This document shows, piece by piece, positions 7,979-16,363 of a stretch of DNA of 64,000 nucleotides. The notes beneath the pieces were generated by a model, which worked only from the letters and a program-made list of their open reading frames with translations, was not told the DNA's origin and ran no database searches. The stretch comes from an uncultured Erysipelotrichaceae bacterium (GTDB lineage Bacteria > Bacillota_I > Bacilli_A > RFN20 > CAG-826): assembly GCA_900314585.1 (NCBI GenBank), contig OMVV01000004.1, positions 34,166 to 98,165 of the forward strand, read 5' to 3'. How positions within the stretch are numbered: the stretch's first letter is position 1; every line of letters begins with the position of its first letter. Made by a program: the position numbers and the translations under genes.

Positions 7979-10603
7979 ATGGCTAAAAAAGTAAGCGCAC
8001 CTCAAGAAGAAATCATCGAAAATATCCATAATGAAACAATGGAAGAGATCATGTCTGATCGATTTGCGACCTATGCAAAATACGTCATTCAAGATCGTGC
8101 AATTCCCGATGTTCGTGATGGTTTAAAACCAGTTCAACGCCGCATTATTTATACTATGTATAAAGACGGCAATATTTATTCTCGTCCAACTCGTAAATGT
8201 GCTCACACCGTTGGTACTGTTATGGGTGAATACCACCCACATGGTGATAGCTCAATTTATGAAGCTTTAGTAAGAATGTCACAAACTTGGAAGGTTAATA
8301 ATCCATTAATCGACTTCCAAGGTAATAATGGTTCAATCGATGGCGATGGTCCAGCTGCGTATCGATATACCGAAGCTAGATTATCCCAAATCGCTGAAGA
8401 AATGGTTCGCGACATCGATAAGGATACAGTCGATGAATCATTAACCTTCGATGATAGTCAATATGAACCAGTTGTTTTACCAGCCCGATTCCCAAATTTA
8501 CTCGTTAACGGAACCGAAGGTATCGCGGTTGGTATGGCGACAGAAATTCCAACTCATAACCTCAGAGAGGTTATTGACGCGATTATTTATCGTATTAACC
8601 ACGTTAGAGTGGAACCGATTGATTTAATGGAATTTATCAAAGGACCAGACTTTCCAAGTGGTGGTCTTATCTATAAATCCAATGGTTTAACTGACATCTA
8701 TTTAACTGGTCGTGGACGTATCGAAGTAGCCTCAAAAACCGAGGTTATTGACACTCCAAAAGAGAAGAAAATTATTGTCACTGAAATTCCGTTTAAAACT
8801 TTAAAAATTGAACTTGTTCACGAAATTGATATGCTTCGTCATAACAATGTTTTGCCAGGCATTCAAGAAGTTCGCGATGAATCAGACCGTAATGGTTTAC
8901 GCATCGTTATTGAAATTAAAAAAGATGCCAAGATTGATGTTATACATCAATACTTGATGACAAAATCATCCTTAAAGACTGGCTATTCTGCAAATATGGT
9001 CGCCATTGTCAATGGTTCACCAAAAACGATGAATATCCTCGACTTTATCGATAATTATATCGATCACCAAGTTGATGTCATTACTCGTCGTTCAACTTTT
9101 GAACTTAATAAGAGTGAAAATCGCTTAGCGATCGTCAATGGTTTAATCAAAGCGATCTCAATTCTTGATCAAGTTGTTGATACAATTCGTAAATCGAAGG
9201 ATAAAGCGGATGCGAAGAAAAATTTACAAGAAAGATTCGCATTTTCGGAAGCTCAATCTGAAGCGATTGTTATGCTTCAACTTTACAAGTTGTCCAACAC
9301 CGATATCACAACTTTAGAAAATGAGAAAAAAGCGTTAGAAGAGAACATTGAATTCCTTAAAGGAATTCTTTCCGATAGAAATAAGCTTAATCGCCTTCTT
9401 GTTTCCGATCTTAAAGAAATCGCTAAAAAATATGGCAAAGATCGTAAAACTCAGATCGTTGAAAAGGAAGAAACAGGCACAATTGATAAACGTGACTTAA
9501 TTTCTAAAGAAGAAGTAATGCTCGCCGTTTCTCGCGATGGCTACATCAAACGTTCAACCATCAAATCATATCGTTCTAGCGGAGACAACGCTCTTCCTGG
9601 TATGAAAGATGGTGATGCTTGCATTTATTTAGGTAAAGCAATGACAACCGATTATTTGGTCTGTTTTACCAACTTAGGAAACTTCTTATACATTCCTGTT
9701 CATCAAATTCAAGAAACCAAATGGCTTCAAGAAGGTAAACACATCAATTACCTTATTAATTTAAATCCTAATGAAAAAATCGTGCGTGCCTACGTTGTGG
9801 AGAAATTTAGAAATGATTTATTCTTCGTTATTGTCTCGAAACGTGGACAAATCAAACGATTAAGCCTTGATAACTTCCAAGTTATCAGATATTCAAAACC
9901 TTTAACTTGCATCAAACTTTTAGGTGATGATGAAGTTGCGGATGTTTCTTTCACAACCGGCGATTCCAATTTGATGTTATTTTCAAGCGATGGAAACGCG
10001 GTTATGTATAACGAAAATGAATTACCAACAGCCGGTATGAGAAGCGGTGGCGTTAAAGGCTTCGCTAAGCTTGGCACTGCGAAGGTTATTTCCTTGCTCT
10101 CATTTGAGAAAGATAAACTTGAAGGAAAAGCCATTCTTCTCACCGATAAAGGCTGCGTTAGAATCTATGATGTTCGCAAGACCGAACTTACTTCTCGTCT
10201 TGGAAAATCAAGTGTTGTCTTCAAATCATTTAAGTCTGACGAACATAAACTAGTTTATGTTAAAATGGTCGATTCTAAAGATGAAGTCACCAATATCAGA
10301 ATCCTCAACAATCTCAAAGAAGTTGTGGAAGTTAAGGTCGATGATTACCATCTCACCCCAATGGATTATTACGCTCATCAAACCATCGAAATGAGTGCGA
10401 AAAATCGTCTCGAAATTCCATTCATTGAGGGTAATGATTACATCAAAAAAGACACCATTTCCTATGCAAAATTTGATCCAGAAGAAAAGGTGAAAACTGA
10501 AGTCGATATTGTCGGCCCATCAGCCGAGGAAATCAAAGAGGAAAAAGCTGAGGAAGAAAAAGGCTACACTCAGATCTCCATCTTTGATGATGATCTAGAC
10601 TAA
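7979..10603 (+). CDS. parC: DNA topoisomerase IV subunit A
   Basis: Type IIA A-subunit (DGLKPVQRRI, HPHGD, AAYRYTEARL with the catalytic Tyr). No GyrA-box (QRRGGKG) is visible in the C-terminal domain. Acidic C-terminal tail. Confidence 0.85.
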   Translation: MAKKVSAPQEEIIENIHNETMEEIMSDRFATYAKYVIQDRAIPDVRDGLKPVQRRIIYTMYKDGNIYSRPTRKCAHTVGTVMGEYHPHGDSSIYEALVRMSQTWKVNNPLIDFQGNNGSIDGDGPAAYRYTEARLSQIAEEMVRDIDKDTVDESLTFDDSQYEPVVLPARFPNLLVNGTEGIAVGMATEIPTHNLREVIDAIIYRINHVRVEPIDLMEFIKGPDFPSGGLIYKSNGLTDIYLTGRGRIEVASKTEVIDTPKEKKIIVTEIPFKTLKIELVHEIDMLRHNNVLPGIQEVRDESDRNGLRIVIEIKKDAKIDVIHQYLMTKSSLKTGYSANMVAIVNGSPKTMNILDFIDNYIDHQVDVITRRSTFELNKSENRLAIVNGLIKAISILDQVVDTIRKSKDKADAKKNLQERFAFSEAQSEAIVMLQLYKLSNTDITTLENEKKALEENIEFLKGILSDRNKLNRLLVSDLKEIAKKYGKDRKTQIVEKEETGTIDKRDLISKEEVMLAVSRDGYIKRSTIKSYRSSGDNALPGMKDGDACIYLGKAMTTDYLVCFTNLGNFLYIPVHQIQETKWLQEGKHINYLINLNPNEKIVRAYVVEKFRNDLFFVIVSKRGQIKRLSLDNFQVIRYSKPLTCIKLLGDDEVADVSFTTGDSNLMLFSSDGNAVMYNENELPTAGMRSGGVKGFAKLGTAKVISLLSFEKDKLEGKAILLTDKGCVRIYDVRKTELTSRLGKSSVVFKSFKSDEHKLVYVKMVDSKDEVTNIRILNNLKEVVEVKVDDYHLTPMDYYAHQTIEMSAKNRLEIPFIEGNDYIKKDTISYAKFDPEEKVKTEVDIVGPSAEEIKEEKAEEEKGYTQISIFDDDLD

Positions 10604-10613
10604 AAATAAGCGA

Positions 10614-10646
10614 AAAATACCTGGAAATTCTGGGTATTTTTTTCTT
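10614..10646 (+). terminator. Intrinsic terminator after parC
   Basis: AAAATACC-10 nt-GGTATTTT followed by a T-run. Confidence 0.6.
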
Positions 10647-10709
10647 AGCTAATTATATTTCCTATTAGAAAAGTTAATACTTTTTCTAAAATTCATCTAT
10701 AATATAAAC

Positions 10710-11231
10710 ATGCTTAAAATTCATGTACCCTATGCTCACGCTGCCTCGGTATTTGAAATCGATGTTTCTTTCTACAAAAAAGAAAACATCAAAACCCTTC
10801 TTGTTGATCTAGATAACACACTAGATTCTTACAAGACAAAAACTCCTTCAAAACGAGTTTATGAACTTAAAGATAAACTTGAAAAAGAAGGAATTAGAAT
10901 GTTTATTGTTTCTAACAATACTGGTAAGCGTGTGACGCAATATGCAGAGGCGCTAGGGGTGGACTTTATTTCTTCAATTCGCAAGCCATTCGCGAAGAAG
11001 TTACTAAGGAAAATGCATGAATTAAATGTCGATTTATCGACCACTATGATGATAGGGGATCAAACTGTTACTGATATTCCATGTGGAAATCGTGCTAGAA
11101 TAAAGACAGTTTTAACAGATAAAATCGTTAAAGAGGATCAACCAACGACCCATTTCAATCGTTTGTTCGATCGTCCAATTAGAAGAAGGCTTAAAAAGAA
11201 AAACTTACTAAGAGACTGGAGGAGCTTATAA
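10710..11231 (+). CDS. YqeG-family HAD-IIIA phosphatase
   Basis: DLDNTL catalytic motif, IVSNN, GDQ..TD. First gene of the conserved yqeG-yqeH-nadD-yqeK-rsfS operon. Confidence 0.8.
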   Translation: MLKIHVPYAHAASVFEIDVSFYKKENIKTLLVDLDNTLDSYKTKTPSKRVYELKDKLEKEGIRMFIVSNNTGKRVTQYAEALGVDFISSIRKPFAKKLLRKMHELNVDLSTTMMIGDQTVTDIPCGNRARIKTVLTDKIVKEDQPTTHFNRLFDRPIRRRLKKKNLLRDWRSL

Positions 11232-12373
11232 TGTCACAAATCTCACAAATCAGAAGATGCTATAACTGCGGTGCAGTTTTACAAAGCACAGATCCAAACA
11301 AAGAAGGTTATGTCAACAAAGAAGTTTTAGAAAATAATTCTCAGAACTTTATTTTCTGTAATAAATGTTTTGAAATTGAAAGATTTCAGCCTAAAACCAA
11401 TGAACCAGTTGTTGGGGAAGATTTAATTAAAATCGTTCAAGACGCTAAAGATAAAGACGCCCTCTTAGTTTATGTTATTAACTTATTCTCCTTCGAAGCC
11501 TCTTTCTCTCGTAAAATTGATGAAATCATCAATGGCATGAATATTCTCATCGTCGCTAATAAGTTTGACTTGATGCCAAAAGGCACCAATGAAGACGAAA
11601 CACGTGAGTATGTTGCGCACCGTTTCCGTGCTGAGGGCGTGCGTGTCGAAAAAGATAACATCGTGCTCGCTAACGCCTTCGATGACGATACCGCACGCTC
11701 AATCATCGCGCAAATTTATGAACTTAAAAATGGTAAGGATGTTTACATCCTTGGTTCATTATATGCCGGTAAAACAACTCTTATTGATTCCTTCTTAAGA
11801 GTGTACAAAAACCTCTCCCAAGGAAACATTGTTTCTCAAGAGTACCCAGGCACAAAATCACGCGTGTTACAACTCCCACTTAGCCCACGCACAATGATGT
11901 ATGAAATCCCATCAATTCCAAATAATAACTCGATCTTACATAACTTAGATGTTCCATCTACCAAGAAGATCTATGTTACTGAACCAGTCGAATATCGCGA
12001 CATCGCCTTAAAAGAAGACGAAGTCTTATATTTCGGTGGAATGAGTTTTGTTGAACTTGTTAAAGGAAAGAAAACATCACTTCGTTGCTATTTCGCTGAT
12101 GGCGTTCAACTTAAGAAACGTTCAAACAATAAATGTGAAGAAGCTTTCGTTAAGGCTATCGCTAAGAAAGCTGTTAAACCTGTCTGCTCACGCATCAAGA
12201 GTGTGAAAGACTTAGACGTCTTCGAAATTAAAGTCACCGAATCCAATTACCGAGATATTGGTATTCAAGGTTTAGGCTGGTTTAATTTCTTAGCTAAAGA
12301 CCAAACCTTTAGAATCTACGTTCCAAAAGGTGTCTCAATTTATACTTCTCGACCAAAAATCGATCGAAAATAA
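11231..12373 (+). CDS. yqeH: Ribosome-biogenesis GTPase YqeH
   Basis: N-terminal CxxC...CxxC zinc finger and a circularly permuted GTPase (NKFD before GSLYAGKTT). Operon context. Confidence 0.85.
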   Translation: MSQISQIRRCYNCGAVLQSTDPNKEGYVNKEVLENNSQNFIFCNKCFEIERFQPKTNEPVVGEDLIKIVQDAKDKDALLVYVINLFSFEASFSRKIDEIINGMNILIVANKFDLMPKGTNEDETREYVAHRFRAEGVRVEKDNIVLANAFDDDTARSIIAQIYELKNGKDVYILGSLYAGKTTLIDSFLRVYKNLSQGNIVSQEYPGTKSRVLQLPLSPRTMMYEIPSIPNNNSILHNLDVPSTKKIYVTEPVEYRDIALKEDEVLYFGGMSFVELVKGKKTSLRCYFADGVQLKKRSNNKCEEAFVKAIAKKAVKPVCSRIKSVKDLDVFEIKVTESNYRDIGIQGLGWFNFLAKDQTFRIYVPKGVSIYTSRPKIDRK

Positions 12374-13470
12374 TGAATTACATAATCTTCGGAGGAACTT
12401 TTGACCCAATTCACAATGGGCATCTTCGAATTGCAAACTTTGCTGCGAAGAAATTTTCTGCGAAGGTTATTTTTGTTCCAAATAAATCTCCACGTTGGAA
12501 AGAACCTTTAACCGATATCTCTCATCGATTAAATATGCTTAAGATTGCTTTAAAAGAAGCAACTTTTGAATATGAAATCTCTGATTATGAGATAAATAAG
12601 AGTGATGATATCAATTATTCAATTGATACAGTTAAATATTTTAAAGATAAATATCCAAACGATAAACTCTACTTCCTTATCGGCGCTGATCAAGTAAATC
12701 AATTTGATAAATGGAAAGATGCGGTGGAGCTATCTAAACTTTCAACAGTTATTTATTCAGATCGTCCTGGCTTTGAACTTAACAAAGAGATAATCCAAAA
12801 GTTTAATCTCGTACCTTTAGGATATCTAGAATCTGGAGAAGTTTCTTCTAGTGATATCCGCGAGCTTAAATCTTTAGATTTAAGTGAGGAAGTTCTTCGT
12901 TATATTGAAGATAACAAGCTTTATTTTGTGGGTAGAATCGCTAAATACGTCACTCCAAAAAGGCTTAATCACTCAATCCAAGTTGCTAGACTTGCTTATG
13001 AAGTCGCGAAAGTTAATAAGCTAGAAAATCCAGAACGATACTATATCGCAGCAATCCTTCATGATGTTGGTAAAACCAGCAAATGCGACGCAGAAGATGC
13101 GGTGGAGTTCATGAAAAAGAATTATCCAGAGTATGTTGATTTACCAAAATTCGCATATCACCAATTTATTGGTGAATATATCGCTAAAAAAGACTTTAAC
13201 ATCAAAGACGAAGAAATACTTGAGGCCATTAAATTCCATTGCACCGGTAACTCAGATATGAAGAAAATCGGGATGGTGGTATATGCCTCAGATAAAATCG
13301 AACCAACAAGAGAATTTGATTCAACCTGGTTAATCAATTCCTGTTTGAATGATTGGTATCAAGGTTTCATCGACACTTTAGTGGATAATAAAAAGTATCT
13401 TTTAGGCCATGCCAAAGACATTACAAATAAATTAACCGATGCTTGTTTTAAGCAATACATAGGAGACTGA
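12373..13470 (+). CDS. nadD: Nicotinate-nucleotide adenylyltransferase fused to YqeK HD-domain hydrolase
   Basis: N-terminal half carries GGTFDPIHNGH (the HxGH nucleotidyltransferase motif). C-terminal half carries H...HD(V)GK...H HD-domain motifs typical of YqeK. One uninterrupted 365-codon frame. Confidence 0.85.
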   Translation: MNYIIFGGTFDPIHNGHLRIANFAAKKFSAKVIFVPNKSPRWKEPLTDISHRLNMLKIALKEATFEYEISDYEINKSDDINYSIDTVKYFKDKYPNDKLYFLIGADQVNQFDKWKDAVELSKLSTVIYSDRPGFELNKEIIQKFNLVPLGYLESGEVSSSDIRELKSLDLSEEVLRYIEDNKLYFVGRIAKYVTPKRLNHSIQVARLAYEVAKVNKLENPERYYIAAILHDVGKTSKCDAEDAVEFMKKNYPEYVDLPKFAYHQFIGEYIAKKDFNIKDEEILEAIKFHCTGNSDMKKIGMVVYASDKIEPTREFDSTWLINSCLNDWYQGFIDTLVDNKKYLLGHAKDITNKLTDACFKQYIGD

Positions 13471-13471
13471 T

Positions 13472-13789
13472 ATGGATAAAGTTGTTACACTCGCCAAGAA
13501 ATTATTAAACGATCACAAGGCAGAAGATGTCGTTGTTATCGATGTTAAAGAAAGAACGCCGTTTGCGGAATATTATGTCCTTGCTTCAGCGAGCAATATT
13601 CGTCAACTTAATGCCTTAACTGAGATCATTGAAGATGAATTTTCCAAGAAGAAAATAAGCATCAATCATATCGAAGGAACTCCTGAATCTGGATGGATGC
13701 TAATTGATGCTCATCATGTCATCATAAACATCTTCTCAAAAGAGGAAAGAGAACGTATTAGCTTGGAAAAAATCCTCGCTAAAAACTAA
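13472..13789 (+). CDS. rsfS: Ribosome silencing factor RsfS
   Basis: ~105 aa, AEYYVLASASN...GW.LIDAHHVIINIF pattern. Operon position after yqeK. Confidence 0.85.
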   Translation: MDKVVTLAKKLLNDHKAEDVVVIDVKERTPFAEYYVLASASNIRQLNALTEIIEDEFSKKKISINHIEGTPESGWMLIDAHHVIINIFSKEERERISLEKILAKN

Positions 13790-13810
13790 GATCAAATCAT
13801 TAAAGAAAAT

Positions 13811-13845
13811 AAGTGTGTCAACATTGGGCACACTTTTATTTTTAC
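13811..13845 (+). terminator. Intrinsic terminator after rsfS operon
   Basis: AAGTGTG-11 nt-CACACTT followed by TTATTTTT. Confidence 0.7.
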
Positions 13846-13874
13846 ATTTTTGTGGAAATGGTCAAAAATATACA

Positions 13875-13902
13875 ACTTCGCATAATTGCTATTATGTTAA
13901 CC
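13875..13902. other. dif: dif-like XerC/XerD chromosome dimer resolution site
   Basis: ACTTCGCATAA-TTGCTA-TTATGTTAACC. Arms match E. coli dif (GGTGCGCATAA-TGTATA-TTATGTTAAAT) at 8/11 and 9/11. They match B. subtilis dif (ACTTCCTAGAA-TATATA-TTATGTAAACT) at 8/11 and 9/11. The site lies in a non-coding gap at the coding-strand switch. Confidence 0.7.
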
Positions 13903-14013
13903 AAATACTAGAAAAGCAAGATTTAATCGAAATAAAACAAGATAAAACAGCAAGAGACTTTTTCAAACCTTCTGTTAAAAGAGTGACTTACCCACATAAA
14001 TTTTGTTGATTAA

Positions 14014-14033
14014 ATCTACTAATTATCTACTAA
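14014..14033. repeat. Two phased CTACTAA direct repeats (spacing 11 bp)
   Basis: ATCTACTAATTATCTACTAA. Same unit and orientation as the arrays at 5160 and 22183. About 110 bp from the dif-like site. Confidence 0.75.
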
Positions 14034-14052
14034 AAAATAGTGGTTTTTATCA

Positions 14053-14610
14053 TTGCTACTACTCTTTTTTCTTAATAATATATATAATAAATTCACGATG
14101 ATAAACGATAATTCTATATACTCTTTTGCTGTCGTTTTAGCTAGTGGTCTACCGCAGCTACTTTTCCTATTTATCAATCCTAAAAAAATCCTTCCAAAAG
14201 AGCTTTACCGAGGTCGCTATTTAGTGCTTGCTTTATTGTCAGTTTTCTCTTTTATTGGATACTCAATTACAGTCATTTTTCTATCTTCCTCATTCGGAAC
14301 AATTGCTAGATTGATCATCTGGATCATCACTTCGCATACGGGTGTATCCTTAATATTACTCTCGTGGGCGTACGTAATAATGCACGGGTGCGAGCTAAGG
14401 TATATGTTTAAGAAGTTTTTATTACCTTGTCACATGAATGTTTTGATCATTCTTGTTATGCTAATAACTTCCCTACTTTCGCTTAATTTTTGGTCTTTAA
14501 TTCCATTAGCTATATTCGCTGTTTCATCTTATTTATGGGCTTTTAAAGCATACAAAATCACTAAGCCGCTCATTGATGACGACACGCCGATCAGAGAGGA
14601 TTATGAATAA
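14053..14610 (+). CDS. Hypothetical polytopic membrane protein
   Basis: About 5-6 hydrophobic segments and no motif I recognise. The track start is TTG. The first ATG is at 14098 (MINDNSIY...). Neither has an SD. A TATAAT lies at 14084-14089. Confidence 0.55.
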   Translation: MLLLFFLNNIYNKFTMINDNSIYSFAVVLASGLPQLLFLFINPKKILPKELYRGRYLVLALLSVFSFIGYSITVIFLSSSFGTIARLIIWIITSHTGVSLILLSWAYVIMHGCELRYMFKKFLLPCHMNVLIILVMLITSLLSLNFWSLIPLAIFAVSSYLWAFKAYKITKPLIDDDTPIREDYE

Positions 14611-14611
14611 T

Positions 14612-14646
14612 AAAAACACCGTATATACGGTGTTGTTTTATTTTTT
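14612..14646. terminator. Bidirectional intrinsic terminator between convergent genes
   Basis: Perfect palindrome AACACCGTAT/ATACGGTGTT flanked by an A-run and a T-run. Overlaps the permease stop codon. Confidence 0.75.
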
Positions 14647-15414
14647 AGCTTGATTTTTCTTTATTTTTTCGTTTATGAAGAACGCAGCCAATGTTATTAG
14701 AAGCATCAACACCACTGCGATTAATGAATAAGCGAATACAGGCGTCATATTGGTCGGATCATTTATCTGAGCGCCTTTAATGAGGCTTCCTATTCCGTTT
14801 CTGGTATAGCCAGTGATGACTTCAGCCATGATTTCAATTTTAAATGAGAGTGAAAATGCAGAAATCATCCCTACTACGATAAACGGCATGCTGAGTGGAA
14901 GTTGAATCTTAAACAACTTTTTGAATTTATTTGCTCCATCGACGTTTGCAGAATCAATAATTTCTTGATCACTGCTTTTTAAGCCGCCAACAATCGCCTC
15001 ATAAAGGATTGGAGTGGCAATTAATATGACAACGAGCATTGGAGCGTACTGCGCCCCTATCACTACAATGAACAAAAATACTAATGCTGCCGTTGGAATA
15101 GCTTTGAAGAATGTCATTAATGGAGTGAAGAATTGATACATCTTTTCACTGTCATTAACGATCATTCCTAAAGCAAAGGCGATAACAAACGCGATTAAAA
15201 ATCCTATCAACATTCTTAATAAAGAATGACCTAGGCAAATATATGTATAACCTTCCTTTAAATATTCCCTTGCTAAGACGATTGTATCGATTGGAGAGGG
15301 AACAATCGTTGAATTAACACATAAAGAAATAATTAACCATAAAAGGAAAACAAAAATCGTTCCATAAAGGAAGATCATGTACTTATTAGTAATAAATTTC
15401 TTCACTTGTTGCAT
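14638..15414 (-). CDS. ABC transporter permease (NitT/TauT-like, BPD_transp_1)
   Basis: Six TM segments and an EAA-like loop (DSANVDGANKFKKLFKIQLP). I prefer the ATG at 15414 over the TTG at 15423. It overlaps the upstream SBP gene by 29 nt, so the start is uncertain. Confidence 0.8.
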   Translation of the reverse strand: MQQVKKFITNKYMIFLYGTIFVFLLWLIISLCVNSTIVPSPIDTIVLAREYLKEGYTYICLGHSLLRMLIGFLIAFVIAFALGMIVNDSEKMYQFFTPLMTFFKAIPTAALVFLFIVVIGAQYAPMLVVILIATPILYEAIVGGLKSSDQEIIDSANVDGANKFKKLFKIQLPLSMPFIVVGMISAFSLSFKIEIMAEVITGYTRNGIGSLIKGAQINDPTNMTPVFAYSLIAVVLMLLITLAAFFINEKIKKNQAKK

Positions 15415-16294
15415 CAATTCCAAAGTTTGACAAGAATTTGTCGATTCCTTCCTTGTTATCTTTTGCGCGTTTGAATCCTAAACCCATGCGGTTACCGTTT
15501 TTTGTAACAGCAGCCGCAACAGCTGGTTCAACACCATAGAATTCAGATGCTTTTTCTTTTAGAGCCATCTTCGAGGCAATGACATCTGGGTTAGCGATGC
15601 CATCATTAATATCTTTTTCAAGTGAACTTAAGAAAGCATTCGCATCAACACCGTTTTTAATAAAAACGGACGCTTGAAATATTTCTGAACCTACTTTCTC
15701 TTTATATAAGGTTTGAATGTTCGCGTATTCAGAGACGTTTTCTTTCTTACTCTTAACATTTGTAAAAGCTGGATCCGCAATTAAGACGTAATCAACAGGG
15801 ACATTATCATGAACGATATCTTTGCCCGTTGTTAAGCATTGAGCAGCAAATTGGTTTGTTCCAACATAATGAATTCCGGTGTTTAAAGCATTTCCATAAA
15901 TAGCATGGAACATTAAATCAGGGAATCCCCCTTCATTAAAGACAACGATATAATCATCGGCGTCCATTACTCCATCATCATCGTTACCAGTAGCTGCAAC
16001 GAAAAGATTACCAAAGGTAATAGTTGCGGCAATCTTATAGCCAACACCCTTTTTGGTGATTGCGCTAATTCCAGCGTTTGTTGGCAAAATCACCACATCT
16101 TTTTGACCTTGGACCATCATTGGGATGATGTTAGAAGCATCGCTATTAGTTTCAAAGTTTGGATCTTCTGAATAGCTATAAAACGCTATCGCAGGAGCGC
16201 CAACTGGTGAAACAATCGTTAAATTGTGTTCGTACTTATTTGCACAGCCACCTAAACCAATGAGAGTGGCTAATAACAACATTTTTGTTTTCAT
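15386..16294 (-). CDS. ABC transporter substrate-binding lipoprotein (NMT1/PhnD-like periplasmic-binding fold)
   Basis: Signal peptide with lipobox LGG-C. ~280-aa alpha/beta binding-protein-like body. Directly upstream of the permease. Confidence 0.7.
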   Translation of the reverse strand: MKTKMLLLATLIGLGGCANKYEHNLTIVSPVGAPAIAFYSYSEDPNFETNSDASNIIPMMVQGQKDVVILPTNAGISAITKKGVGYKIAATITFGNLFVAATGNDDDGVMDADDYIVVFNEGGFPDLMFHAIYGNALNTGIHYVGTNQFAAQCLTTGKDIVHDNVPVDYVLIADPAFTNVKSKKENVSEYANIQTLYKEKVGSEIFQASVFIKNGVDANAFLSSLEKDINDGIANPDVIASKMALKEKASEFYGVEPAVAAAVTKNGNRMGLGFKRAKDNKEGIDKFLSNFGIDATSEEIYY

Positions 16295-16340
16295 AATATT
16301 TTCCTCTGGCGATATTTTAATAAATAAAACATAATATTTA

Positions 16341-16356
16341 TGTGACTTAAATCACG
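16341..16356. promoter_or_regulatory. CRP/FNR-family operator (TGTGA-N6-TCACG)
   Basis: TGTGActtaaaTCACG matches the TGTGA-N6-TCACA consensus at 9/10. It lies in the 69-bp divergent gap, 8 nt before the Crp/Fnr ATG and centred ~54 nt upstream of the SBP ATG. Confidence 0.6.
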
Positions 16357-16363
16357 CTTTTAT

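Noticed and set aside
6034-10603. Alternative call as gyrB-gyrA
   Set aside because: The divergent plsY neighbour matches parE-parC synteny. I see no GyrA-box (QRRGGKG-like) in the C-terminal domain of the A subunit. A phylogeny would settle the question.
13815-14009. 64-aa ORF between rsfS and the membrane protein
   Set aside because: It starts (non-ATG) inside the rsfS terminator hairpin, has no RBS and spans the dif-like site. I treat the region as non-coding.
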